DNA of 64,000 bases from an uncultured Pelagibacteraceae bacterium. Lineage in GTDB: Bacteria; Pseudomonadota; Alphaproteobacteria; Pelagibacterales; Pelagibacteraceae. The notes beneath the pieces were generated by a model. The model saw nothing but the letters and a program-made list of their open reading frames with translations. It searched no databases and was not told where the DNA came from. The stretch is from positions 2,125 to 66,124 of the forward strand of contig CABZPS010000002.1 in NCBI GenBank assembly GCA_902527635.1, given 5' to 3'. The position numbers were made by a program, and so were the translations under genes. This document shows, piece after piece, positions 1 to 8,429 of the stretch (position 1 is its first letter; each line of letters begins with the position of its first letter).

Positions 1-110
1 CTCACAACAAAGAATTAGATAATTTTCAAATTAATTTAGACAGTCACTATGAACTCTTCAATAAAGATCCTGATTATGGATTATTTATTAAACTATCAAA
101 TAAAAATTAA
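1..110 (+). CDS. 3' end of an upstream gene truncated by the window edge (…HNKELDNFQINLDSHYELFNKDPDYGLFIKLSNKN*)
   Basis: Frame starting at nt 3 is open to TAA at 108-110, overlapping the convergent ygfZ stop; product unknown. Confidence 0.45.
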   Translation, partial: HNKELDNFQINLDSHYELFNKDPDYGLFIKLSNKN

Positions 111-1000
111 GTATTAATATTTAGCCACTCAGGCACCAAAATTTTAAAAGTCCCATTTTTACTTTTAAATACTTGATTTTTGTCAAAATTTTTATCTAAA
201 AACTTTATTAGGGCAAAAGGGTAATTGTCACTAATTAACACTTTACCAATCTCTACATCATTATTAACAACTTTTTCATCTTCTGATAAATTTCCCTCAA
301 TTATTTCAATAGGCAATAATCTTTTTGATAGTTTGTTTTTTAAATTTATTCGTGCTGTATTCTCCTGACCTACAAAACATCCTTTTTTAAAATCAATTCC
401 GTTAAGTTCAGCATAATTACATTCAATACCAAATAATTTATTTTGTAATTTATTTAAATATTTCGGAACAACTCCTAATTTATGACTTTGAGCGTAATAT
501 TTTTCAATATCATCATCTTTTAAATCAAGTTTTTTTAATGATAAGTAAAGCTTTTCTAAGTTGATTATTAAACGTGCACCTAAATTTTTATTTCTAGGAT
601 CTAGAAGAATAGGATCTTCTCTATGTTTAAAAGTAAAACCCAATATGTCTTTTGATCCTTCAATCGATAAATATTTTTCATAACCAAAACTTGCTACAAC
701 AAATTCATTACTCAAATCTAATATTTCAACTTTTGATCTAAGTTTATAAATGTTCAATTGTTTAAATATCGCATCAGATTGAGATTTTTCACAATCAATA
801 AAAAAACCTAATTTATGTTTTATAATTATAAATTCATAAAGAAATTTACCCTGAGGTGTTAATAAGGAGGCAAAACAACTAGAACTATCATTTACTTTAT
901 TAATGTCATTACTTATTAAATTTTGAAGGAAATTTTTAGCATCTAATCCATTAACGTAGAGTATGGATCTGTCTTTTAATATATAAACGCTGTTATTCAT
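107..1000 (-). CDS. ygfZ: Folate-binding Fe-S cluster repair protein YgfZ (GcvT-like)
   Basis: Signature KGCFVGQE; FLQNLISND and LLTPQGK motifs; start moved to ATG at 1000 (MNNSVYIL) to avoid overlap with pyrC. Confidence 0.9.
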   Translation of the reverse strand: MNNSVYILKDRSILYVNGLDAKNFLQNLISNDINKVNDSSSCFASLLTPQGKFLYEFIIIKHKLGFFIDCEKSQSDAIFKQLNIYKLRSKVEILDLSNEFVVASFGYEKYLSIEGSKDILGFTFKHREDPILLDPRNKNLGARLIINLEKLYLSLKKLDLKDDDIEKYYAQSHKLGVVPKYLNKLQNKLFGIECNYAELNGIDFKKGCFVGQENTARINLKNKLSKRLLPIEIIEGNLSEDEKVVNNDVEIGKVLISDNYPFALIKFLDKNFDKNQVFKSKNGTFKILVPEWLNINT

Positions 1001-1043
1001 GTTTGATTGATAGTTTTTTTTAATATAATAACTTTTTTTATAA

Positions 1044-2351
1044 ATGTTAGATCTAATAATCAAAAATGGGCAATGTTATATCAATGGAAAATTAGATAAT
1101 AAGGATATTGCGGTAAAAGATGGTAAAATTTTAAAGATTGGTGAAATCTCCGAGGATTCTAAAGAAATTTATGATGCAAAAAACCAAACAGTTTTACCTG
1201 GTTGTATAGATACTCAAACTCATTTTAGAGAACCGGGTTCAACTGATACTGAAGATCTAAATTCTGGAAGTAGGGCTGCGGTCGCAGGGGGTATAACAGC
1301 TGTATTCGAAATGCCAAATACTAAACCGCCAACCTCTAATATAAAAGAATTTCAAAGAAAGTTAGATCTTGCAAAAAATAGAATGTACTGCAATTACGCT
1401 TTTTATTTTGGTGCAACAGCTGATAATGTTAGTCAATTAGCAGAATTAAAAAATTTGGAGGGTTGCTGTGGCATTAAATTATTTGCTGGCTCTTCAACTG
1501 GAAATCTCTTGGTGGCTGATGAAAAAGATATTGATAAAGTTTTTCAAAATAGTTCAAAAGTTGTAGCAGTTCATTCAGAAGATGAGGCTATTTTAGAAGT
1601 AAATAAAAAATTAATTAAAAATGGAGATGTTCATTCTCATCCAGTTTGGAGGAGCGAGGAATGTGCAATGTCATCAACAAGAAGAATTGTAAGAATTGCA
1701 AAGCAATACAACAAAAAAGCCCACATACTTCATATATCAACAAAGCAAGAAATAGATTTCCTATCTCAGCATAAAGGAAATATTACTTTTGAAATTACTC
1801 CTCAGCATTTAACTATTTACGCACCAGACTGTTATGACAAGCTTGGGACGTACGCCCAAATGAATCCTCCTATCAGAGATAAACCTCATTATGATAGATT
1901 TTGGTATGCAGTGAAAAATAATTTGAACGATACAATTGGATCAGATCATGCACCACATCTAAAAATTAACAAAGAAAAAGAATATCCAAACTCACCTTCA
2001 GGAATGCCCGGTGTTCAAACTTTGATGCCTGTTATGTTAAATCATGTAAATGACGGACAATTATCATTAACTCAATTAATTAATCTTGTTTGTGAAAATC
2101 CAGTTAAAATTTTTGGTATAAAGAATAAAGGATTTATTAAAGAAGGTTATGATGCTGATTTTACTGTGGTGGATATGAATAGAACAATTCAAATTAAAAA
2201 CGAAAATATTGAGAGTAAATGTGGATGGTCACCTTTCAATGGATTTAAATTTAAAGGTACTCCTATGGCGACTATTATAGCCGGAAAAATAAAAATGAAA
2301 GATGGTAAAATTTTAGGTGAACCCGAGGGAAATCCTTTAGTGTTTAGCTAA
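1044..2351 (+). CDS. pyrC: Dihydroorotase (amidohydrolase superfamily)
   Basis: DTQTHFREPG, EMPNT, MNPPIR, IGSDHAPH, KCGWSPF motifs. Confidence 0.85.
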   Translation: MLDLIIKNGQCYINGKLDNKDIAVKDGKILKIGEISEDSKEIYDAKNQTVLPGCIDTQTHFREPGSTDTEDLNSGSRAAVAGGITAVFEMPNTKPPTSNIKEFQRKLDLAKNRMYCNYAFYFGATADNVSQLAELKNLEGCCGIKLFAGSSTGNLLVADEKDIDKVFQNSSKVVAVHSEDEAILEVNKKLIKNGDVHSHPVWRSEECAMSSTRRIVRIAKQYNKKAHILHISTKQEIDFLSQHKGNITFEITPQHLTIYAPDCYDKLGTYAQMNPPIRDKPHYDRFWYAVKNNLNDTIGSDHAPHLKINKEKEYPNSPSGMPGVQTLMPVMLNHVNDGQLSLTQLINLVCENPVKIFGIKNKGFIKEGYDADFTVVDMNRTIQIKNENIESKCGWSPFNGFKFKGTPMATIIAGKIKMKDGKILGEPEGNPLVFS

Positions 2352-2676
2352 TCCTTCCAGTAAAACTATTCACCAATATAACGCCAATCACAATTAAGAA
2401 TAACCCTACAATTGCCTGCCAAGCTAAAGTTTGTTTAAAAAAGATGTAGCCTAGTATTGCAATAGTAAATATACCAAGGCCGCTCCAGGTGGCATAAACA
2501 ATTGCAATTGGCAGTTTGTTCACAACGAAAGTTAGAAGATAAAATGCAGTTAAATAAAATGCAGCTAGGGCAAAAGTTGGTAAAAACTTTGTAAAATTTT
2601 GTGATACTGGCAATAAAATTGTTCCAGCAACTTCACAAAAAATTGCTCCAATTAGGAAAAAATATGTTTTTAACAC
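2344..2676 (-). CDS. SMR family small multidrug transporter (EmrE/QacE-like)
   Basis: 110 aa, 4 TM segments, membrane Glu in AIFCEVAGT, YATWSGLG. Confidence 0.85.
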   Translation of the reverse strand: MLKTYFFLIGAIFCEVAGTILLPVSQNFTKFLPTFALAAFYLTAFYLLTFVVNKLPIAIVYATWSGLGIFTIAILGYIFFKQTLAWQAIVGLFLIVIGVILVNSFTGRIS

Positions 2677-2678
2677 TA

Positions 2679-4571
2679 TTAAAGAATATTATTATTTTTT
2701 AGATCTATTTTTATCTCATCTAAAATTGCAGGATCATCAATGGTTGGAGGCATTTTATATTCCTCCTTGTCAGCAATTTTTCTAATTGTTCCTCTTAAGA
2801 TTTTACCTGATCTAGTTTTAGGTAATCTTTTGATAACCATAGCAATTTTAAATGCAGCAACCGGACCAATTTTCTCTCTTACCATTTGGATACATTCTTT
2901 TGAGACATCTTCGTGACTTTTATCAACGCCTGCTTTTAAAACAACTAAGCCAATAGGCAATTGTCCTTTCAGTTTGTCTGCAATTCCAAGAACAGCACAT
3001 TCAGCTACTGATTGATGCTCAGATAAAACTTCTTCTATTGCACCAGTTGATAATCTGTGACCCGCAACATTAATTATGTCATCTGTTCTAGACATAATCC
3101 ATATATACCCATCTTCATCTATATGACCTGCATCATAAGTTTGATAATAACCATCATAATTTGACATATAGTTTTCTTTATATCTTTGATCAGCGTTCCA
3201 AAGAGTTGGAAAAGTTCCTGGTGGTAATGGAAGTTTAACAACAATATCTCCCATCTCATTTGGTCTAGCCAAAGTCTGATCTGATTTAATAATTTTCACA
3301 TCATAGCCAGGTACTGCTTTACATGCTGAACCATATTTTGTTTTCATCATTTCAATGCCAGTACAATTTGAACTGATCGCCCAGCTAGTTTCTGTTTGCC
3401 ACCAATGATCTATTACTGGAACTTTTAATAAATTTTCTGCCCACTTAATTGTATCAGGATCTGCACGTTCACCTGCAAGAAAAAGACTCTCAAATTTACT
3501 TAAGTCATATTTTGAGAAAAATTTACCATCAGGGTCTTCTTTTTTAATTGCTCTAAAAGCAGTTGGTGCTGTGAATAATGATTTAACTTTATAGTCTGAA
3601 ATAATTTTCCAAAAAGCCCCAGCATCAGGTGTACCAACTGGTTTACCTTCAAATAATACAGTTGTACATCCTTTAAACAAAGGAGCGTAGACAATATATG
3701 AGTGACCTACTATCCAGCCAATATCACTCGCTGACCACCAGATGTCATCCTCATCAATGTTATAAATATTTTTCATAGTCCATTTTAAAGCAACGATGTG
3801 ACCTCCGATATCTCTAACGATACCTTTTGGAGTTCCAGTAGTTCCTGATGTATAGAGAATATAAGCAAATTCATTTGAATTCATCTCAACACAATCTGTG
3901 TCCTTAGCGTTAGCATGGGCTTCATCCCAGCTGATCTCTACAGGAGCATTTAATTTGACCTCATGACCTTTTCTTTGAAACAAAATCATTTTGCTTATTT
4001 TGTGATTAGCAAGTTTTATTGCCTCGTCTACTAGAGGTTTATATTCAACAGTTCTTCCAGGCTCAAAACCACAAGAAGCAGTTACTAAAAGTTTTGCCTT
4101 ACTATCATCAATTCTACTTGCAAGTTCGTTTGAGGCAAATCCACCAAAAACAACTGAGTGTATTGCTCCAATTCTCGCACAAGCAAGCATTGCTATAACA
4201 GCCTCAGGTATCATGGGCATATAAATTATTACTCGATCACCTTTATTGATCCCTTGATTTTTAAGTGCTCCTGCAAATTTGGATACTTTTGATCTCAATT
4301 CTTCATAACTGAACTTGTTTTTGTTTCCAGTAATAGGACTATCATAGATTAAAGCAATTTTACTTCCTTTACCCTGATCAATGTGATGATCTAATGCATT
4401 ATAACACGTGTTAGTAACACCATCTTCATACCACTTATAGAAAGGAGGATTAGATTTGTTTAAAATTTTGCTTGGTTTTTTAAACCAGAAGATGTTTTCT
4501 GATGCTTCCCTCCAAAAGTCTTCAGGATTATTTATTGATTCTTGGTATATTTCATTAAATTTTTTAGACAT
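2679..4571 (-). CDS. prpE: Propionyl-CoA synthetase
   Basis: YTSGTTGTPKG AMP-binding motif, DHWWQTET, PKTRSGKILR, C-terminal PTIDDP. Confidence 0.85.
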   Translation of the reverse strand: MSKKFNEIYQESINNPEDFWREASENIFWFKKPSKILNKSNPPFYKWYEDGVTNTCYNALDHHIDQGKGSKIALIYDSPITGNKNKFSYEELRSKVSKFAGALKNQGINKGDRVIIYMPMIPEAVIAMLACARIGAIHSVVFGGFASNELASRIDDSKAKLLVTASCGFEPGRTVEYKPLVDEAIKLANHKISKMILFQRKGHEVKLNAPVEISWDEAHANAKDTDCVEMNSNEFAYILYTSGTTGTPKGIVRDIGGHIVALKWTMKNIYNIDEDDIWWSASDIGWIVGHSYIVYAPLFKGCTTVLFEGKPVGTPDAGAFWKIISDYKVKSLFTAPTAFRAIKKEDPDGKFFSKYDLSKFESLFLAGERADPDTIKWAENLLKVPVIDHWWQTETSWAISSNCTGIEMMKTKYGSACKAVPGYDVKIIKSDQTLARPNEMGDIVVKLPLPPGTFPTLWNADQRYKENYMSNYDGYYQTYDAGHIDEDGYIWIMSRTDDIINVAGHRLSTGAIEEVLSEHQSVAECAVLGIADKLKGQLPIGLVVLKAGVDKSHEDVSKECIQMVREKIGPVAAFKIAMVIKRLPKTRSGKILRGTIRKIADKEEYKMPPTIDDPAILDEIKIDLKNNNIL

Positions 4572-4717
4572 CTGATTTTTGATTCGATTGTGCCCTTTTT
4601 TTAGATTTTTAAATTATAAATTGTATTTAATTTCAAAAAGTCAGTAAAATCAACGTAAATAAATGACACTTTAGTCTTCAATAATCTATTTTTATTTGCT
4701 ATTTAACGCAAATCTTT

Positions 4718-4753
4718 GCTTAGGGAAGCCTAAGCTTAGTTTATATAAACTAA
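4718..4753 (+). promoter_or_regulatory. Two adjacent inverted repeats upstream of proteorhodopsin
   Basis: GCTTAGG-gaag-CCTAAGC (4718-4735) immediately followed by perfect palindrome TTAGTTTATATAAACTAA (4736-4753); function inferred. Confidence 0.4.
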
Positions 4754-4785
4754 TAATTAAAAACTAACTAAAGAGGGAGTTTTTT

Positions 4786-5562
4786 ATGAAAAAACTTAAA
4801 CTGTTTGCTCTAGCAGCTGTTGCCCTAACAGGTTTTACAGGAATTGCTAATGCAGCAGACGCAACGATGTTAGCTCAGGATGACTTTGTTGGAATATCTT
4901 TTTGGATAATTTCAATGGGTATGTTAGCGGCTACAGCTTTCTTCTTCATGGAGAGAGGTACTGTTAACCCTGCGTGGAAAACATCAGTAACTGTTGCTGG
5001 TCTAGTAACTGGTATTGCTTTCATTCACTACATGTATATGAGAGAAGTATGGGTTGCTACAGGTGACTCACCAACAGTATATAGATATATTGACTGGTTA
5101 ATTACTGTACCATTACAGATGGTAGAATTTTATTTAATTCTAGTGGCTGTAAGAAAAGCAAACTCTGGAATGTTCTGGAGATTGCTAATCGGTTCATTAG
5201 TAATGTTAATCGGTGGATACTTAGGAGAAGCTGGATACATCAACGCTACACTTGGTTTCATTATCGGTATGGCAGGTTGGGTATACATTCTTTATGAAGT
5301 ATTCTCAGGTGAAGCAGGTAAAGCTGCTGCTAAGAGCGGAAACAAAGCTCTTGTAACTGCGTTCGGTGCAATGAGAATGATTGTAACGGTAGGTTGGGCA
5401 ATTTATCCATTAGGTTACGTATTTGGTTACTTAACTGGTGGAGTAGATGCTGACACATTAAACGTAGTTTACAACTTAGCTGACTTCATTAACAAAATTG
5501 CATTTGGTCTAGTAATCTGGGCTGCTGCAATGAGTTCTGGAGCTGGCGCAAGAGCAAGATAA
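4786..5562 (+). CDS. Proteorhodopsin, predicted blue-absorbing
   Basis: RYIDWLITVPLQMVEF (D-T-E proton-pump motif, Gln at tuning position), retinal Lys in NLADFINK, signal peptide, SD GAGGGAG. Confidence 0.97.
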   Translation: MKKLKLFALAAVALTGFTGIANAADATMLAQDDFVGISFWIISMGMLAATAFFFMERGTVNPAWKTSVTVAGLVTGIAFIHYMYMREVWVATGDSPTVYRYIDWLITVPLQMVEFYLILVAVRKANSGMFWRLLIGSLVMLIGGYLGEAGYINATLGFIIGMAGWVYILYEVFSGEAGKAAAKSGNKALVTAFGAMRMIVTVGWAIYPLGYVFGYLTGGVDADTLNVVYNLADFINKIAFGLVIWAAAMSSGAGARAR

Positions 5563-5584
5563 TTACGCTTTAAACTTATAATTT

Positions 5585-5626
5585 ATAGGGCGAGTATGTT
5601 TTTACATACTTGCCCTATTTTTTTTT
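5585..5626 (+). terminator. Intrinsic terminator after proteorhodopsin
   Basis: ATAGGGCGAGTATGT-tttt-ACATACTTGCCCTAT stem followed by T-run. Confidence 0.85.
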
Positions 5627-5644
5627 ATACCTATATTTATCTCA

Positions 5645-5965
5645 ATGGCCAAAATCACTTACGTCACTCACGATAACGAAAGACATACAATCGAAGTTCA
5701 AAATGGCTTAACCGTTATGGAGGGTGCAGTTCAAAATGACATACCTGGAATAGATGCAGATTGTGGTGGGGGAATGGCATGTGCAACTTGCCATGTTTAT
5801 GTCAAAGAAGACTGGTTTAATAAAATTCCAAAAAAAGAAGATGGAGAAGATGATATGCTGGATATGGCATTTGAACCAAAAACAAATAGTAGACTGAGTT
5901 GTCAAATTGTTGTCTCAGATGAAATAGATGGGCTCGAAGTAAACATACCATCCAAACAAGCTTAA
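5645..5965 (+). CDS. 2Fe-2S ferredoxin (adrenodoxin-type)
   Basis: [11 protein letters not shown] and SRLSCQ. Confidence 0.93.
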   Translation: MAKITYVTHDNERHTIEVQNGLTVMEGAVQNDIPGIDADCGGGMACATCHVYVKEDWFNKIPKKEDGEDDMLDMAFEPKTNSRLSCQIVVSDEIDGLEVNIPSKQA

Positions 5966-6982
5966 ATGAATAAAACTGATGCATTAATTATTGGAGCAGG
6001 TCCCACAGGATTATTTACAGCGCACCAATTAAAACTAATTGGGCTCGATTGTGAAATAGTTGATAATTTAGATAAAATAGGTGGACAATGTATAGAGCTT
6101 TATCCTGATAAACCAATTTATGACATTCCTGCAGTGCCAGAGTGTACAGGTGAAGAATTAACAAATAATTTAATTAGTCAATTAAAACCTTTTGATATTA
6201 AATTTCATTTAAGTGAAAGAGTTGAGGAGGTTAAGAAAGAAGATACCAGCTGGTTGGTAAAAACTAGTAGTGGTAATACTTTTTTAACACCCAATGTTAT
6301 TATTGCTGGAGGAGTTGGCTCATTTGAACCTCGAAAATTTGCAACAAAGGAATGTGAACAATTTGAAAATAAATCATTGTTTTATTCGGTAAAAGATAAA
6401 AATATATTTAAAGGTAAAACCGTATCAATTTTTGGAGGTGGAGATAGCGCATTAGATTGGGCTATTGAGTTATCAAAAGATTGTAAAATTAATTTAGTAC
6501 ATAGACGAGACGAATTTAGAGGAGTACAAGCAACAGTAGATAAAATGAATGAACTTGTAAAATTAGGAAAAATAAACTTATTTACTAAATATCAAATGGC
6601 AAACGCTCACGGAGATCAAAAATTAGAAAGTATAGATATAAAGCATGACAATAATGAAATTAAGAACCTTAAGTCTGATTATGTTCTTGGTTTTTTTGGT
6701 CTTATTATGCAATTAGGACCAATAGCTAATTGGGGTCTTAATTTAAATAAAAAAACTATTGAGGTTGATACAGAAAGGTTTGAGACAAATCAAAAAGGTA
6801 TTTATGCTGTTGGAGATATTTGTAACTATCCTGGTAAATTAAAACTTATTCTCTCTGGTTTCCATGAGGGTGCTTTAGCTGCCAGAGCATGTTTTAAACT
6901 CGCAAGACCCAATGAGAAATATCGATTTGAATTCACGACTACATCATCAAATTTGTTAAAAAGACTCGGTAAAAAAGAGTGA
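5966..6982 (+). CDS. Ferredoxin-NADP reductase (thioredoxin-reductase-like)
   Basis: GAGPTG, GGQCIELYPDKPIYD, GGGDSALDW, YPGKLKLI; no CxxC active site. Confidence 0.88.
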   Translation: MNKTDALIIGAGPTGLFTAHQLKLIGLDCEIVDNLDKIGGQCIELYPDKPIYDIPAVPECTGEELTNNLISQLKPFDIKFHLSERVEEVKKEDTSWLVKTSSGNTFLTPNVIIAGGVGSFEPRKFATKECEQFENKSLFYSVKDKNIFKGKTVSIFGGGDSALDWAIELSKDCKINLVHRRDEFRGVQATVDKMNELVKLGKINLFTKYQMANAHGDQKLESIDIKHDNNEIKNLKSDYVLGFFGLIMQLGPIANWGLNLNKKTIEVDTERFETNQKGIYAVGDICNYPGKLKLILSGFHEGALAARACFKLARPNEKYRFEFTTTSSNLLKRLGKKE

Positions 6983-7608
6983 TAGAGCTTTTTTCAGCTA
7001 ATACTCCTAATGGAAAAAAAATTAGTATTATGCTCGAAGAGATCAAGTTTGACTATAAAGTAACCAAAGTTGACATAAACAATGGTGAACAATTTAAACA
7101 AGATTTTAAAAAGATTAGTCCATTAAGTAAAATTCCCGTAATTATTGATCACAAAAATAAAAAAACAGTTTTTGAGTCTGGGGCAATTTTAATTTACTTA
7201 GCTGAATTAAGTGGAAAATTTTATAATTCTGAGGAAAGATTAAAAATTAATCAATGGTTAATGGCCCAAATGGGCTATGTTGGTCCAATGTTAGGTCAAC
7301 ATCATCAGTTTCATCATTATAATCCAGGGAAAAGTAAGTTTGGTGAAGATAGATATTTTAAGATTTCTGAAAGAATTTATGGAGAGTTAGATGAAAGATT
7401 ATCAAAATCAAAATATTTATCAGGAGAAAATTATACAATTGCAGATATTGGAACTTTTCCTTGGATCGCTAGGCATGAGTGGCATGAAATTGGTCTAAAA
7501 AAATTTAAAAATTTAACTAGATGGTACGAGAACATCTCTGAAAGAGATGGTGTTAAAAAGGTTTTGCTTTTATGGATAAAAATGAATTACCACCTAAGCC
7601 ATAATTAA
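6979..7608 (+). CDS. Glutathione S-transferase (YfcG/YghU-like); C-terminus probably frameshifted
   Basis: TPNG motif, KIPVI, FESGAIL, YTIADI; see finding at 7555. Confidence 0.88.
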   Translation: MIELFSANTPNGKKISIMLEEIKFDYKVTKVDINNGEQFKQDFKKISPLSKIPVIIDHKNKKTVFESGAILIYLAELSGKFYNSEERLKINQWLMAQMGYVGPMLGQHHQFHHYNPGKSKFGEDRYFKISERIYGELDERLSKSKYLSGENYTIADIGTFPWIARHEWHEIGLKKFKNLTRWYENISERDGVKKVLLLWIKMNYHLSHN

Positions 7609-7709
7609 TTTATCGAGTTAAGAAATCTAAATAATGATGCAAAAATGCCATGACCTGATGCTTCGATTACAAGTATTACTAAGATAATTAAAATTAATTT
7701 TGGGTTCAT
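7605..7709 (-). CDS. Small hydrophobic protein, 34 aa (MNPKLILIILVILVIEASGHGIFASLFRFLNSIN)
   Basis: Read manually; ATG overlaps previous stop as ATGA; one hydrophobic segment; fills the gap exactly. Confidence 0.55.
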   Translation of the reverse strand: MNPKLILIILVILVIEASGHGIFASLFRFLNSIN

Positions 7710-7834
7710 CTACTAAAGACAAAAAATATTAAAATTATCCAGAACAACGCATAATAATAATAAATATATTTTTTTGTAAAATTATAAGTAACTGGATTAT
7801 GCACTTTTTTTGTTTTTTTCTTTTTTTTAGTCAT
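7706..7834 (-). CDS. Small membrane protein, 42 aa (MTKKKKKTKK…YALFWIILIFFVFSR)
   Basis: ATG at 7834 overlaps the dksA 3' end by 8 nt; basic N-terminus plus C-terminal hydrophobic segment. Confidence 0.55.
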   Translation of the reverse strand: MTKKKKKTKKVHNPVTYNFTKKYIYYYYALFWIILIFFVFSR

Positions 7835-8351
7835 CTGCGTGAACCTTTTCGTCCTTCTCATGTTTTTCTTGTGCAGCAATTGTATATTTTGCAACTGGTC
7901 TTGCCATTAGTCTTTTTAGCCCAATCGGCTCTGCAGTATCAAGGCAATATCCATAAGTATCTTCTCTTATTCTTGCTAAAGCTTTATCAATTTCTGAAAT
8001 AAGTTTTATTTGTCTATTGATTGCTTTCATTTCTACATTTTTATCGGTATATGAACTTGCTTGATCGACAATATCTGCAGAAATACTATTATCATCCATA
8101 GAGCCATTGTAGAGAGCTTCATTGTTTGATTTTACAAGTTCTTTTTTCCATTCTTGCAATTTAATTCTGAAAAAAACTTTGTGTTTTTCACACATATATT
8201 TTTCTGTATCTTTAGGAATGTAAGTTTTTGATATTTTTATAGGTCCTTTTTTAACTTCTTTTGTTTTACTAACCACTTTTGTTTTTGGTTTAGAAACATT
8301 CTTTGCTTTTGTTTTTTTGACCTTTTTTTTTACTTTAGCTATCTTTGGCAT
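7827..8351 (-). CDS. dksA: RNA polymerase-binding transcription factor DksA
   Basis: DIVDQA coiled-coil tip (DxxDxA), YGYCLDTAEPIGLKRLMARP. Confidence 0.9.
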   Translation of the reverse strand: MPKIAKVKKKVKKTKAKNVSKPKTKVVSKTKEVKKGPIKISKTYIPKDTEKYMCEKHKVFFRIKLQEWKKELVKSNNEALYNGSMDDNSISADIVDQASSYTDKNVEMKAINRQIKLISEIDKALARIREDTYGYCLDTAEPIGLKRLMARPVAKYTIAAQEKHEKDEKVHADD

Positions 8352-8429
8352 GTCTAAATTTGAATGCGAGGCAGTATATTCAGCAAAATATTGGTGTCAA
8401 GCAACCTTAATTATTGTAAATATTTACTT

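Noticed and set aside
1001-1063. Long N-terminal extensions in the ORF track (ygfZ, GT-C, umuD, pxpA, pxpC, gcvT, fdh, gshB)
   Set aside because: Longest-ORF artefacts; downstream ATGs match family starts and avoid promoters or neighbouring genes
2344-2676. SMR gene as a guanidinium exporter (Gdx) linked to the amidinotransferase
   Set aside because: TM1 reads AIFCEVAGT (Qac-like) rather than the Gdx-type AG..E..W, no guanidine riboswitch is visible, and it is 50 kb away
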